64,000 nt of DNA, taken from contig CACAXP010000001.1 of assembly GCA_902536485.1 (NCBI GenBank), positions 5,448 to 69,447 of the forward strand, in the 5' to 3' direction. Source of the DNA: an uncultured Alphaproteobacteria bacterium (GTDB taxonomy: Bacteria; Pseudomonadota; Alphaproteobacteria; Methylaequorales; Methylaequoraceae). Positions within the stretch are counted from its first letter, which is position 1. Each line of letters begins with the position of its first letter. The translations under genes and the position numbers were made by a program. Of this stretch, positions 27,137 through 36,745 are shown piece after piece. Under the pieces are notes generated by a model that saw only the letters and a list, made by a program, of their open reading frames with translations, was not told the origin of the DNA and searched no databases.

Positions 27137-28293
27137 TTTTGCTCAAACCATTTTTTTAATTTTGTAACGGCTTCAACAACTTTTTGATTGTCAATTGAAA
27201 ATGCAAGTCTGAGAGTTCGTAGACCAAATTTTTTATCAAAGTCAGTACCCGGGGTAAGCGCAACACCAATTTCATTTAAAATTTTTTTTGCAAGTTCTTC
27301 TGAATTTATATTAAATTTAGTTATATCCAAATAAAAATAAAAAGCTCCATCGGGTTTTTTAAAATTCAAGCCTCTTATCTCAGATAATAATTTATAAACT
27401 TGTTCTCTTGAAATTGAATATTGCTTTACTGTTTCATTTAATTCGTCAATACACTCAAAGATTTTGATGGCAGAATATTGAGCTATATTTCCGGATGAAA
27501 TAAAGAGGTTTTGCGATAACTTCAAAAAGTTTTCTCTCAATGAATCAGGAATAATTGCCCAACCTAACCTCCATCCTGGCATAAGAAAATACTTTGAAAA
27601 ACTATTTATTACAATAGCGTTTAAACCAAAGTTTAATATTGAGTTTGACGACTTTTCAAATTCAATTCCATGATAAATCTCATCAGATATAAGTCTAATA
27701 TTATTTTTAACACAAAAATTATAAATATATTCTAATTCTTGGTTTGAAAAAACTTGTCCATTAGGGTTATTTGGGTTAGAAATAATCAAACCATCTAAAT
27801 TGTTAATTTTTTCAATTTTTTTAAAATTAATACTGCAAATATCCGAATCATCAGGAAATATTTCAATAACTTTAACATTTATTGACTTTAAAATATTTCT
27901 GTAGGCAGGATAAACTGGGTTAAATATTCCTACCTTCTGCCCTTCATCAAAACAAGAAATAAAAGTCAACAAAAATGCTCCAGAAGAACCTGTTGTAATG
28001 AAAATGTTATCGTGATTAATATCAAGCTTGTATTTAAATTTATAAAAATTAGATATTTTTTTTCTCAATTCTTCTATTCCATTGGAAGGTGTATAACCAG
28101 GTAAATTTAGGCTTACAAGTTTCTCTAATTCATTTTTTAAAATTAAAGGAATAAATTGTGGTGGTTCGCCGAGTTCCAAATGATATATTTTTTTTCCATT
28201 ATTTTCTAGGTAACTAGCATCAGAAAGTAGCTGCATTACTTTGAATGAGTCAACATTAGATCTTTTGGAAGGAAAAAAAAATTTACTATTCAT
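27130..28293 (-). CDS. Class I/II (fold type I) PLP-dependent aminotransferase
   Basis: LELGEPPQFIP and SFSKYFLMPGWRLGW (PLP-lysine region) are characteristic of aspartate/aromatic aminotransferases. Confidence 0.75.
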   Translation of the reverse strand: MNSKFFFPSKRSNVDSFKVMQLLSDASYLENNGKKIYHLELGEPPQFIPLILKNELEKLVSLNLPGYTPSNGIEELRKKISNFYKFKYKLDINHDNIFITTGSSGAFLLTFISCFDEGQKVGIFNPVYPAYRNILKSINVKVIEIFPDDSDICSINFKKIEKINNLDGLIISNPNNPNGQVFSNQELEYIYNFCVKNNIRLISDEIYHGIEFEKSSNSILNFGLNAIVINSFSKYFLMPGWRLGWAIIPDSLRENFLKLSQNLFISSGNIAQYSAIKIFECIDELNETVKQYSISREQVYKLLSEIRGLNFKKPDGAFYFYLDITKFNINSEELAKKILNEIGVALTPGTDFDKKFGLRTLRLAFSIDNQKVVEAVTKLKKWFEQNY

Positions 28294-28331
28294 TTAAACA
28301 GATAAAATATATATATAAACTATATCATCCT

Positions 28332-29636
28332 ATGCAAGCTTTTATAATTCTTTTAGTCACAACTTTCTTTTTTTTTTCTGTTAAGTCTTCAAACTTGAAC
28401 ATTATAAGAGATGCTGAAACAGAAAACTTTTTGAAGGAAATTTCATATATTTTAATAAAAGATAACAATTTGGAATTAAATAATCTTAACTTTTTTATCG
28501 ATAATAAGGATTTCATAAATGCTTTTGTAATTCCTGGTCAAAAAATTTTTTTAACTAAAGGTTTATTAATGAAAAGTAAAAAAATTGAAGATTTAGCTGG
28601 TGTTATTGCTCATGAAATGGGTCATATTATTGGCGGACATTTTTCAAATAAACAAAAAGCTGCAGAAAAAACTTCTATGATGAGTATAATTTCATCTATC
28701 CTTGCAGCAGGTGCCATTGCAGCAGGAGCAGGACAAGCTGGATCAGCAATTCTTTTAGGAGGTCAACAACTTGGTGCAGCACGTTTTCTCTCATTTTCAA
28801 GATCACAAGAGTCACTTGCAGATCAAAATGCAATAAGACTTCTAAAAAAATCTGGGTTCTCATTACAAGGGATGCTTAATATTTTTAAAATTTTAGAGAA
28901 AAATGAAAATTTTAAACAATTAAATCCCTATTTCTTAACTCACCCATTATCAAGTGAAAGAAAAAAAAATATATATTTTAATCTCAAAAATCAAAAAATA
29001 AAAAATTTTAGCCTTTTAGAAAAGAAATATAATTTAATTAAAGCAAAAATAGATGGGTTTTTTTTAGACGATAAAAAACTAAAAAAAATTTACGGTAATA
29101 ATAAAAAAATAGAGGGTTTTTATGCTTATACACTCAGAAATTATCGAGTTGGTAAAATCGAAAAAGCCCTCAAATTTATTGATGAATGTATAAGAATTGA
29201 TAATAATAATCCTTATTTTTATGAGTTAAAGGGCCAGATACTATTTGAAAATGGAAAGATTAATGACTCAATTCCTCAGTTTAGGAAGGCAATAATATTA
29301 AATCCTGAGGAAAAATCATTTAGACTTTTTCTTGCTAAATCATTGTATCACATGAATGAAAAAACCTCATACTTAGAATCCGTAAAAATTCTTTGGTCAT
29401 ACATAAAAGAGGATGATTTTCCCTATGAAGCTTGGCATTATTTAGGATTAAACTATGGTAAATTAAAGAAGCCTGATTTTTCATCATATGCCTTGGCAGA
29501 AAAATATTTGTTAGTTAATCAAATAAAAAATGCTAAAATACATATTCAACGAGTTAAAAAATATACAAAAGATCCGGTTTTAAAAAATAAAATTATAGAT
29601 CTAGAAAAAGAAATTTTAAAAAGAAAGTCTCAATGA
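28332..29636 (+). CDS. M48 zinc metalloprotease with TPR repeats (BepA/YfgC-like), periplasmic
   Basis: Signal peptide, HEMGH zinc site, and a C-terminal TPR-like helical region. Confidence 0.75.
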   Translation: MQAFIILLVTTFFFFSVKSSNLNIIRDAETENFLKEISYILIKDNNLELNNLNFFIDNKDFINAFVIPGQKIFLTKGLLMKSKKIEDLAGVIAHEMGHIIGGHFSNKQKAAEKTSMMSIISSILAAGAIAAGAGQAGSAILLGGQQLGAARFLSFSRSQESLADQNAIRLLKKSGFSLQGMLNIFKILEKNENFKQLNPYFLTHPLSSERKKNIYFNLKNQKIKNFSLLEKKYNLIKAKIDGFFLDDKKLKKIYGNNKKIEGFYAYTLRNYRVGKIEKALKFIDECIRIDNNNPYFYELKGQILFENGKINDSIPQFRKAIILNPEEKSFRLFLAKSLYHMNEKTSYLESVKILWSYIKEDDFPYEAWHYLGLNYGKLKKPDFSSYALAEKYLLVNQIKNAKIHIQRVKKYTKDPVLKNKIIDLEKEILKRKSQ

Positions 29637-30070
29637 AAAAAGTTTTAATTGTAAATGGGCCTAACCTCAATTTGCTAGGGAAAAGAGAGCCAGAAGTATA
29701 CGGAAATACTACTTTAGAAGAGCTTGAAAAATTATGTACTGATGAATCAAAAAAATTAGACTTTGAAGTTTCTTTCTTTCAAAGTAACTCAGAAGCTGAA
29801 ATTATTGATAAAATCCAAGAATGCAATTACTGTGATGGATTAATAGTTAATGCTGGCGCATTTACCCATACTTCAATAGCAATACACGATGCATTAAAGA
29901 TACTAAAAATACCAAAAATTGAGATTCATATATCAAATATTTATAGTAGAGAGGAATTTAGAAAAAAATCTTTTATTAGCCCAGCCGTACATGGTATTAT
30001 AGCTGGTTTTGGAATAGATGTATATATTTTAGCCATAAAGTCATTAAAATACTTATTTAAAAATGAATAG
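29633..30070 (+). CDS. aroQ: Type II 3-dehydroquinate dehydratase
   Basis: VNGPNLNLLGKREPEVYG N-terminal signature. It is part of the conserved aroQ-accB-accC arrangement. Confidence 0.9.
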   Translation: MKKVLIVNGPNLNLLGKREPEVYGNTTLEELEKLCTDESKKLDFEVSFFQSNSEAEIIDKIQECNYCDGLIVNAGAFTHTSIAIHDALKILKIPKIEIHISNIYSREEFRKKSFISPAVHGIIAGFGIDVYILAIKSLKYLFKNE

Positions 30071-30500
30071 AATCAATAAAAAAATTTTAGAGGATATTGA
30101 TGTTTTATCTAAAGCTATGGAAAAAAATAACTTATGTGAAGTCAAGTTTTCCGATGACATTGTTTCATATGAATTAAAAAAACAACCTAAAAATCAAGTC
30201 ACTAGTCATAGTGATTTAAATAACACTAAAAATGAACCAATTATTGAAAAAAAAGTTAACCTCACAGAAAATGCATTAAAGTCTCCAATAGTTGGAACAG
30301 CATATCTTTCACCTGAACCAAGTGCTAAAAAATTTATCGAAGAAGGACAGAGTGTTAAAATTGGACAAGTTTTACTTATCATTGAAGCAATGAAAACTAT
30401 GAATGAAATTACAGCTGACAAAAATGGAAAAATAAAAAAAATTTTTGTGAAAAATGAATCTCCTGTAGAGTTTGGAGAACCGTTAGTTTTAATTGAATAA
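30063..30500 (+). CDS. accB: Biotin carboxyl carrier protein AccB
   Basis: EAMKTMNEI biotinyl-lysine motif at the C-terminus. Confidence 0.85.
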   Translation: MNRINKKILEDIDVLSKAMEKNNLCEVKFSDDIVSYELKKQPKNQVTSHSDLNNTKNEPIIEKKVNLTENALKSPIVGTAYLSPEPSAKKFIEEGQSVKIGQVLLIIEAMKTMNEITADKNGKIKKIFVKNESPVEFGEPLVLIE

Positions 30501-31834
30501 TGCTGAAAAAAGTCTTAGTAGCCAATAGAGGAGAAATAGCCCTCAGAATTTTAAGAGCATGCAAAGAATTGGATATTAAAACCGTTGTTGTTCATTCCAC
30601 TGCAGACGAAAAAGAGATGTTTGTAAGGTTGGCGGATGAAAGTGTTTGTATTGGTCCACCGCAAGTAAAAAATTCTTATTTAAATATTCCTTCAATAATT
30701 TCTGCCGCAACAATTGCTAATGCTGATGCAATCCATCCAGGAATTGGGATGCTCTCCGAAAACTCTAATTTTGCAAAAATCATTACTGACCATGGTTTTA
30801 CATTTATAGGTCCAAAATACGAACATATTCAAAAGATGGCTAACAAAATTGAAGCCAAATCGATTGCTAAGAAAGTTGGGCTACCAGTTTTACCTGGAAG
30901 TAGTGACAATGTTTTAGATTATTTAGAGGCTAAATCTATAGCTGAAAGTATTGGATATCCAATTATTATAAAGTCAACTAATGGAGGTGGCGGCAGGGGA
31001 ATTAAAGTAGTTTTAAAGGAAAAGGAACTTAAAAATAATTTTCTTTTAGCAAAAAAGGAGGCTGAATTAAGTTTTGGTAGTAACCAGGTTTACATAGAAA
31101 AATATTTAAGTAACCCACGTCATATTGAAATCCAAGTGTTATGTGATAATCAAGGTAATGCCGTTCACTTAGGAGAAAGAGAGTGTTCAATCCAAAGAAG
31201 AAATCAGAAAATAATCGAAGAATGTCCAAGCCCTGGCATAAGTGATAATGAAAGAAAAAGAATTTGTGAAACAACAATTAAAGCAATGAAGAAAATTGGC
31301 TATTTTAATATTGGTACAGTTGAATATCTTTACAGTGATGGAAATTTTTTTTTTATGGAAATGAATACAAGACTGCAGGTTGAGCATACTGTAACAGAAG
31401 AAGTATATAACATTGATATTGTTAAGGAGCAAATCAATATTTCTAGTGGAAAAAAAATCTCTTTGAAACAGGATGAAATAAAAAAAAAAGGGCACTCAAT
31501 AGAATGTAGAATCAATGCAGAAAATCCTATTACGCAATTACCTTCAACTGGTTTAATTAAAACCTATCACCCACCCGGAGGACCCGGAATAAGAATAGAC
31601 TCGGCTCTTTACAGTGGTTGTAATATTAGCTCTTTCTATGATGGACTAATTTCAAAATTAGTGTGTAAAGGAAATACAAGATATGAATGTATAATGAAAC
31701 TTAAAAGAGCTTTAGATGAATATGTTATTGAAGGCGTTCAAACAAATATTCCGACTTTAAAAAAAATAATACAAACAAGCGACTTTATCGAAGGTAGTTT
31801 TGATATCAATTGGTTAAGCACTTCTGTCAAATAA
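30500..31834 (+). CDS. accC: Biotin carboxylase AccC
   Basis: ATP-grasp biotin carboxylase motifs throughout (KVLVANRGEIA, GGGGRG, EMNTRLQVEH). Confidence 0.9.
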   Translation: MLKKVLVANRGEIALRILRACKELDIKTVVVHSTADEKEMFVRLADESVCIGPPQVKNSYLNIPSIISAATIANADAIHPGIGMLSENSNFAKIITDHGFTFIGPKYEHIQKMANKIEAKSIAKKVGLPVLPGSSDNVLDYLEAKSIAESIGYPIIIKSTNGGGGRGIKVVLKEKELKNNFLLAKKEAELSFGSNQVYIEKYLSNPRHIEIQVLCDNQGNAVHLGERECSIQRRNQKIIEECPSPGISDNERKRICETTIKAMKKIGYFNIGTVEYLYSDGNFFFMEMNTRLQVEHTVTEEVYNIDIVKEQINISSGKKISLKQDEIKKKGHSIECRINAENPITQLPSTGLIKTYHPPGGPGIRIDSALYSGCNISSFYDGLISKLVCKGNTRYECIMKLKRALDEYVIEGVQTNIPTLKKIIQTSDFIEGSFDINWLSTSVK

Positions 31835-31835
31835 A

Positions 31836-32459
31836 ATGTTTCTTTCGCCTGAAATTATTTTAGAAGGATATAATAAAGGTTTATTCCCAATGGCTGACTC
31901 CTTTAATGACCCCTTTATCTACTGGGTCGACCCAAAAGAAAGAGGGATAATTAAATTAAATGAATTCAAGATATCAAGAAGTCTAAAAAAAGAATTAAAA
32001 AAAAATAATTTTACAGTTAAAGTTAACAAAAACTTTGAAAAAACAATAAATTTATGTGCAAGAAACCTAAATAGAAAGTCAACTTGGATTAATAATCAAA
32101 TAATAGAAAATTACGTTAAATTATTTAAGATTGGTGTTGCAAAGTCAATAGAGTGCTTTGAAAATGATAAACTTATTGGAGGTTTATATGGCTTAATAAT
32201 TGGTAAAATTTTTTGTGGTGAAAGTATGTTTAGTATAAAAAGAAATTCAAGTAAAATCTCCATGGTTTATCTAGCAGCTTATCTTAAAGAAGGTGGTTTT
32301 AAATACATTGATACTCAATTTTATTCAGAACATTTAAGACAGTTTGGAACAAAAAAAATTCAAAAAAAAAAATATTTGGAAATCTTATCACAACACGGTA
32401 GCGCAGACACGGTATTTCCAGAGGAAATAAGGAAAAATGTATTAGAGTATTTCAAATGA
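31836..32459 (+). CDS. aat: Leucyl/phenylalanyl-tRNA--protein transferase
   Basis: N-terminal GLFPM and the conserved body of L/F-transferase. Confidence 0.8.
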   Translation: MFLSPEIILEGYNKGLFPMADSFNDPFIYWVDPKERGIIKLNEFKISRSLKKELKKNNFTVKVNKNFEKTINLCARNLNRKSTWINNQIIENYVKLFKIGVAKSIECFENDKLIGGLYGLIIGKIFCGESMFSIKRNSSKISMVYLAAYLKEGGFKYIDTQFYSEHLRQFGTKKIQKKKYLEILSQHGSADTVFPEEIRKNVLEYFK

Positions 32460-32840
32460 TTTTTTTAAAAAAATAGGATCATTAACTAAACATTCTTCAA
32501 GTTTAATATCAAAGGTAGGGTTAACTGGAACATTTAAATATTGACTAGATTTAAAAACCCAACCTAAAAAGTCAGTTTTATCTTGCCTAGATACCAACTT
32601 ATGGCTTATTAAAGCGATTTCGTCGTCTGTTCCATCATCTTCAATTTTAATACATCTGAAAATAATAATTTTAGCATTGTCAAGTTCCAACGTTTGAGAT
32701 AAAGGAACATCATAGAAAACTTTTTCAGCAGTTATTTTATTTATAATTCTTAATTTAGCTCCCTGACATTCATTTTCAGATGCTAACAATGGAAATTTAT
32801 GGAAAAATATTATTAAAAGAATATAAGAGATAACCTTCAT
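32442..32840 (-). CDS. Secreted protein of unknown function (possibly DUF2155-like)
   Basis: Signal peptide MKVISYILLIIFF. The start is taken at ATG 32840 rather than the upstream listed start. This is the last gene of a five-gene coupled operon. Confidence 0.4.
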   Translation of the reverse strand: MKVISYILLIIFFHKFPLLASENECQGAKLRIINKITAEKVFYDVPLSQTLELDNAKIIIFRCIKIEDDGTDDEIALISHKLVSRQDKTDFLGWVFKSSQYLNVPVNPTFDIKLEECLVNDPIFLKKSFEIL

Positions 32841-32841
32841 A

Positions 32842-33063
32842 TTATTTTCTCCCAAGGGAAAACTCAATATTATTAACAAGATCTATTATTTTATTTTTGA
32901 AATCTTTTTCGTCACAATCAATTAATACCGCATCATCAAATGCGTTTTGAATTATGGTTTTTATCTCATTATAGTTTTCATTCAATACTTTATTGGTTTC
33001 ATCACAAGAAATTATTTTATTATCTTTTGCTCGCCAAATAAATTTATCAACATTCTTTTTCAT
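32842..33063 (-). CDS. Hypothetical 73-aa soluble protein
   Basis: ORF with 1-nt coupling to the upstream MCE gene. No recognisable motif. Confidence 0.3.
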   Translation of the reverse strand: MKKNVDKFIWRAKDNKIISCDETNKVLNENYNEIKTIIQNAFDDAVLIDCDEKDFKNKIIDLVNNIEFSLGRK

Positions 33064-33503
33064 TACTGTGTAGCAAGAAAAATTATTTTACTCACTTGAT
33101 CTTCAATAGATTCATAATCCTCAACTTTTCTTATTTCATCTTTTTCATTAAGTACAATACTTAAATCGCCGCTAGGTGTAATTGACAAATACTTATTCCC
33201 AAGAATACCGTCACTAGCAATCTTTACACTACTATCTTTGGGAACATTAACTTCGTTATAAACACTAAAATCTATTACGGCAAAAAAATCCTTATCTAAT
33301 GAAACATTTTTTATTACCCCAATCTTTACCCCTCTCATTTTCACATCGTTACCAATTACAACACCTCCTGCTTTCAAGAATTTTGCTCTCAAGTCGTAGG
33401 TTTCATTACTTTCAGTGTTAACATTGATAAATTTTAACAAAAAAGAAATAGCAAGAATCAATGTCATTAAGCCAAGAATAGATTCAAGATAATTTTTTTT
33501 CAT
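33063..33503 (-). CDS. MCE-domain (MlaD-like) membrane-anchored protein, copy 2
   Basis: N-terminal TM helix followed by an MCE fold pattern (GGVVIGNDVKMRGVKIG...SDGILGNKYL). Confidence 0.6.
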   Translation of the reverse strand: MKKNYLESILGLMTLILAISFLLKFINVNTESNETYDLRAKFLKAGGVVIGNDVKMRGVKIGVIKNVSLDKDFFAVIDFSVYNEVNVPKDSSVKIASDGILGNKYLSITPSGDLSIVLNEKDEIRKVEDYESIEDQVSKIIFLATQ

Positions 33504-33934
33504 AATTTGTTACTCTCTCCAATTTTTATAATATTATCTAAAAGATCTTGAAGCAAAATTGAATCTTCTACATACGAAAAGCTGTCATTGCTTTTAAGAT
33601 ATTCTTCTTCACCACCTATTTCAATAACTAAAAACTTTGATCCAAACAGACCATCAGTTTGAATGGAAATTGATGAGTCACGTGTAATATTTAAGTTTTC
33701 ATCTACCATCATTGATATTTTTGGGTAACTATTTTCCAGAATGATGTCATTTACAAACCCTACGCTTATTCCAGAAATCATAACATTGTCACCAACACTG
33801 AGACCATCAATTTTATTAAAAGTTGCAAAGAGATTTACCATATCATTTCTATTATTCTTTCTATCAATTAACATTAGATCGAACATAATGACAGTAAAGA
33901 AAAAACCTAAGAAAAATTTTGCAAAATTATTCAT
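33500..33934 (-). CDS. MCE-domain (MlaD-like) membrane-anchored protein, copy 1
   Basis: N-terminal TM helix followed by an MCE fold pattern (GLSVGDNVMISGISVG...TDGLFGSKFL). Confidence 0.6.
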   Translation of the reverse strand: MNNFAKFFLGFFFTVIMFDLMLIDRKNNRNDMVNLFATFNKIDGLSVGDNVMISGISVGFVNDIILENSYPKISMMVDENLNITRDSSISIQTDGLFGSKFLVIEIGGEEEYLKSNDSFSYVEDSILLQDLLDNIIKIGESNKL

Positions 33935-34289
33935 CAGGTTTCCATATTGAAATTTTTTTACGCTTCTTATTTATACTCTCATCTAATTTATACTCATACG
34001 AAAAAGGTGTGCCTGTAAGATTTGGAGAATGTTTTTTTAGCCAAGATGGTTTAGAAACATTATTTTCAGGAGGATCTTTTTCAACATGGTGCAGCCAAGC
34101 ATTCCATCGTTGAGGAACTTTACTTGCTTCAACTATTCCATTATAAATTATAAATCTTCTCTCTCTAAAATTATTTTTAGGAGAGTTTTTTTTAGAAAAA
34201 TATGTGTTACCATATTCATCTACACCAACTTTTTTAGCAAAAATTAAACAGTAAACCTTAAAAAAAATAGAGTTGTATGATAATCTCAT
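33927..34289 (-). CDS. NDUFA12-family protein (NADH:ubiquinone oxidoreductase 17.2 kDa subunit homolog)
   Basis: GVDEYGNTYF, RRFIIYNG and WNAWLHHVEKDPP match the NDUFA12 signature. Confidence 0.75.
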   Translation of the reverse strand: MRLSYNSIFFKVYCLIFAKKVGVDEYGNTYFSKKNSPKNNFRERRFIIYNGIVEASKVPQRWNAWLHHVEKDPPENNVSKPSWLKKHSPNLTGTPFSYEYKLDESINKKRKKISIWKPDE

Positions 34290-34312
34290 TATTATAATAT
34301 ATACTTAATATT

Positions 34313-35137
34313 ATGTTTGATTTCAAAGAAATAAAAAAAATCACTAGTCTCTTTTTAAAAAAAAATCAAAAAAAAATTTATAACCAAAAAAAAAATAACA
34401 ATATTGACTTGGAAAGTATTTTTAATGAATTAATTGAAGAAATAAACACGCATCTCAATCAAAAAAACATAGTCACGTCAAGTAAAAGAGACAAGTTACC
34501 ACATAGAAGAAAAGGGTACACACAAAAAGCATCAATAAACAATCATAAAATTTACTTAAGAACCGGTGAATACATGAACGGAACTTTGGGAGAAATCTTT
34601 ATTGACATGCATAAGGAGGGTGCAGCATTTAGAAGCCTAATGAATAATTTTGCAATAGCTGTTTCAATTGGCCTTCAGTATGGAGTTCCCCTTGAAGAAT
34701 TTGTTGAAGCATTTACTTTTACAAAATTTGAACCAAGTGGAGAAGTTAAAGGGAATACAGAAATTAAGTTTTCAACATCCATTCTAGATTATATTTTTAA
34801 AGAATTAGCTATATCTTACCTAGGTAGAGACGATTTAAGTAACGAAAGAAGCAATCAAACAACAGAACTCATTCCCGATTATGGTGAATCAAAAAATAAG
34901 AGCGAAAATGCAGAAAGTGTGCTTAAAAAATTTGCAAGTAAAGGGTTTATAAGAAAAAAAATTTTTGACGGTAACTTAACGTTAATTACATCCAAAAACT
35001 CAAAAAACGAAACAGAAAAGATAAAAAAGATTAAAAGTTTTGAAGGAGATCCATGTGATCGATGTGGAAATTTTACAGTGTACAAAGAAGATAAAAAAAT
35101 TAAATGTCTTACATGTCTTCATAATTTTGATGAGTAA
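34313..35137 (+). CDS. Stand-alone protein resembling only the C-terminal domain and Cys4 zinc finger of class II (B12-dependent) ribonucleotide reductase NrdJ
   Basis: [74 protein letters not shown]...[17 protein letters not shown] resembles, from memory, the C-terminal region of alphaproteobacterial NrdJ. The C-terminal CDRCGN-X13-CLTC forms a zinc-ribbon-type motif. No catalytic barrel is encoded upstream, where an NDUFA12 gene lies on the opposite strand. Confidence 0.55.
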   Translation: MFDFKEIKKITSLFLKKNQKKIYNQKKNNNIDLESIFNELIEEINTHLNQKNIVTSSKRDKLPHRRKGYTQKASINNHKIYLRTGEYMNGTLGEIFIDMHKEGAAFRSLMNNFAIAVSIGLQYGVPLEEFVEAFTFTKFEPSGEVKGNTEIKFSTSILDYIFKELAISYLGRDDLSNERSNQTTELIPDYGESKNKSENAESVLKKFASKGFIRKKIFDGNLTLITSKNSKNETEKIKKIKSFEGDPCDRCGNFTVYKEDKKIKCLTCLHNFDE

Positions 35138-35603
35138 TTTTCTATCTAAAAAGCTATTATCACTAAATTTGAATAGAAAAAACGATGCTATGAGCCTGGC
35201 TAACTATAAACCATTTGTCATATTTGAAAAATTAATTTTTATTTCGGGACAATTACCTTTTGAAAAAAATAAATTAAAATTTACTGGAAAGATTGATACT
35301 GAATTATCTAATGAAGAAGCTCAACAGTCTGTATACTTATCTACTAATAATTTATTATGGAACTTGAATGACGCAATTGAACAATTAAAAATCAAACGAA
35401 TAAGATGTGTTAATTTAAAAGGATACTTAAATTGCACACAACCCTTTAAAAATCATTCAGTTTTATTTGATTTGTCATCAAATTTATTAATAAAAGTATT
35501 AGGAGAGGTTGACGGCAGTCACTCTAGAAGTGTGATTGGGGTAAACTCTTTACCAAAAGAATCACCTATTGAGATTGATGGAATTTTTGGAATTTTAGAT
35601 TAG
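35130..35603 (+). CDS. RidA/YjgF/L-PSP family protein
   Basis: C-terminal [21 protein letters not shown] matches the RidA family end. I prefer the start at ATG 35130, which overlaps the upstream stop (ATGAGTAA) over the listed 35040. Confidence 0.65.
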   Translation: MSNFLSKKLLSLNLNRKNDAMSLANYKPFVIFEKLIFISGQLPFEKNKLKFTGKIDTELSNEEAQQSVYLSTNNLLWNLNDAIEQLKIKRIRCVNLKGYLNCTQPFKNHSVLFDLSSNLLIKVLGEVDGSHSRSVIGVNSLPKESPIEIDGIFGILD

Positions 35604-35617
35604 GCATTGAATTCATA

Positions 35618-36745
35618 ATGAAAATTTCAGCAATTTCATCTATTGAAAATATTAAAGATTATTGTAAAAAATTCTTTAAAGATGCCTCACCATTTATTTC
35701 CTATGACTTTTTTAAATATTTAGAAAAAACTGGATGTACTAATTCTGACACAGGATGGGAACCAGAACATATAATTATTGAAAATAATAAAAAAATAATT
35801 GGTTTTATCCCAAATTTTAGGAAGCAAAATTCAAATGGAGAATATATTTTTGATCATGTATTTGCTAATGCTCACCACCAGATTGGTATTAATTACTACC
35901 CCAAATATCTATCAGCAATTCCATTTACTCCTGTTACCAAGAGAAATATTATTTATGGTGAAAAAGAAATTTCCATAAAACAATTAACCGAACTTTTAAA
36001 AAACCATTGTATTGAAAAAAAAATCTCATCATTTCATTTTAATTTTATAGACAAAAAAAATTCTGATATTCTTAATTTTGAAGGTTTTTATCAAAGAATA
36101 GGCATCCAATATTATTGGTATAATAAATCTTATAAAAATTTTAGTTGTTTCTTAGATAATCTTAAAACAAAAAAAAGAAAAAACATCGTAAAAGAAAGAG
36201 AAAGTTTAAAGCAACATAACATTAGCCTTGTTGTAAAGAAGGGTAATGAAATATGCAATGATGATCTTAATTTATTTTTTGAATGTTATCTTAACACAAT
36301 AAATAAAAAATGGAGTATTGCTTATTTAAACTTCCCTTTTTTCAATAAGCTTCTTCAATCAACTGTTAAACAAAAAATTGTTTTAATACAGGCTTTTCAA
36401 AAAAAAGAGTTTGTTGGATGCTCAATTCATTTTATTGGTGAAGAAATTTTATATGGAAGATATTGGGGTTGTTTAAAAGAAATTCCTTTTTTACACTTTG
36501 AACTTTGCTACTACAGCGCAATAGAATTTGCAATTGAAAATAATCTCAAAAAAGTAGAAGCTGGTGCACAAGGTGAACATAAAATTGCAAGAGGATATCA
36601 GCCTACATTAACATACAGCAACCACTGGTTTGATCACAGTAGGCTTAATCCTCTCATTAAAAATTTTTTAGTTGAAGAAAAAAAAAGAGTACAAGACACA
36701 ATAATTTACTTAAATCAATTTCTACCTTTTAGGAAGAAAGTTTAA
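35618..36745 (+). CDS. GNAT-fold N-acyltransferase of the COG3146 / DUF482 (FemAB/BioF2-like) family
   Basis: About 375 aa with the conserved layout of this family; identification from memory of the family profile. The family assignment is tentative. Confidence 0.45.
   Translation: MKISAISSIENIKDYCKKFFKDASPFISYDFFKYLEKTGCTNSDTGWEPEHIIIENNKKIIGFIPNFRKQNSNGEYIFDHVFANAHHQIGINYYPKYLSAIPFTPVTKRNIIYGEKEISIKQLTELLKNHCIEKKISSFHFNFIDKKNSDILNFEGFYQRIGIQYYWYNKSYKNFSCFLDNLKTKKRKNIVKERESLKQHNISLVVKKGNEICNDDLNLFFECYLNTINKKWSIAYLNFPFFNKLLQSTVKQKIVLIQAFQKKEFVGCSIHFIGEEILYGRYWGCLKEIPFLHFELCYYSAIEFAIENNLKKVEAGAQGEHKIARGYQPTLTYSNHWFDHSRLNPLIKNFLVEEKKRVQDTIIYLNQFLPFRKKV

Noticed and set aside
31029-31515. Three minus-strand ORFs antisense to accC
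   Set aside because: Antisense to a highly conserved biotin carboxylase. Cys/Phe-rich junk translations.
35040-35129. Long N-terminal extension of the RidA-family ORF, overlapping the NrdJ-C-terminal-like gene by about 100 nt
   Set aside because: The RidA fold needs only about 130 to 155 aa. The ATG at 35130 forms a typical ATGA-type coupling with the upstream stop.
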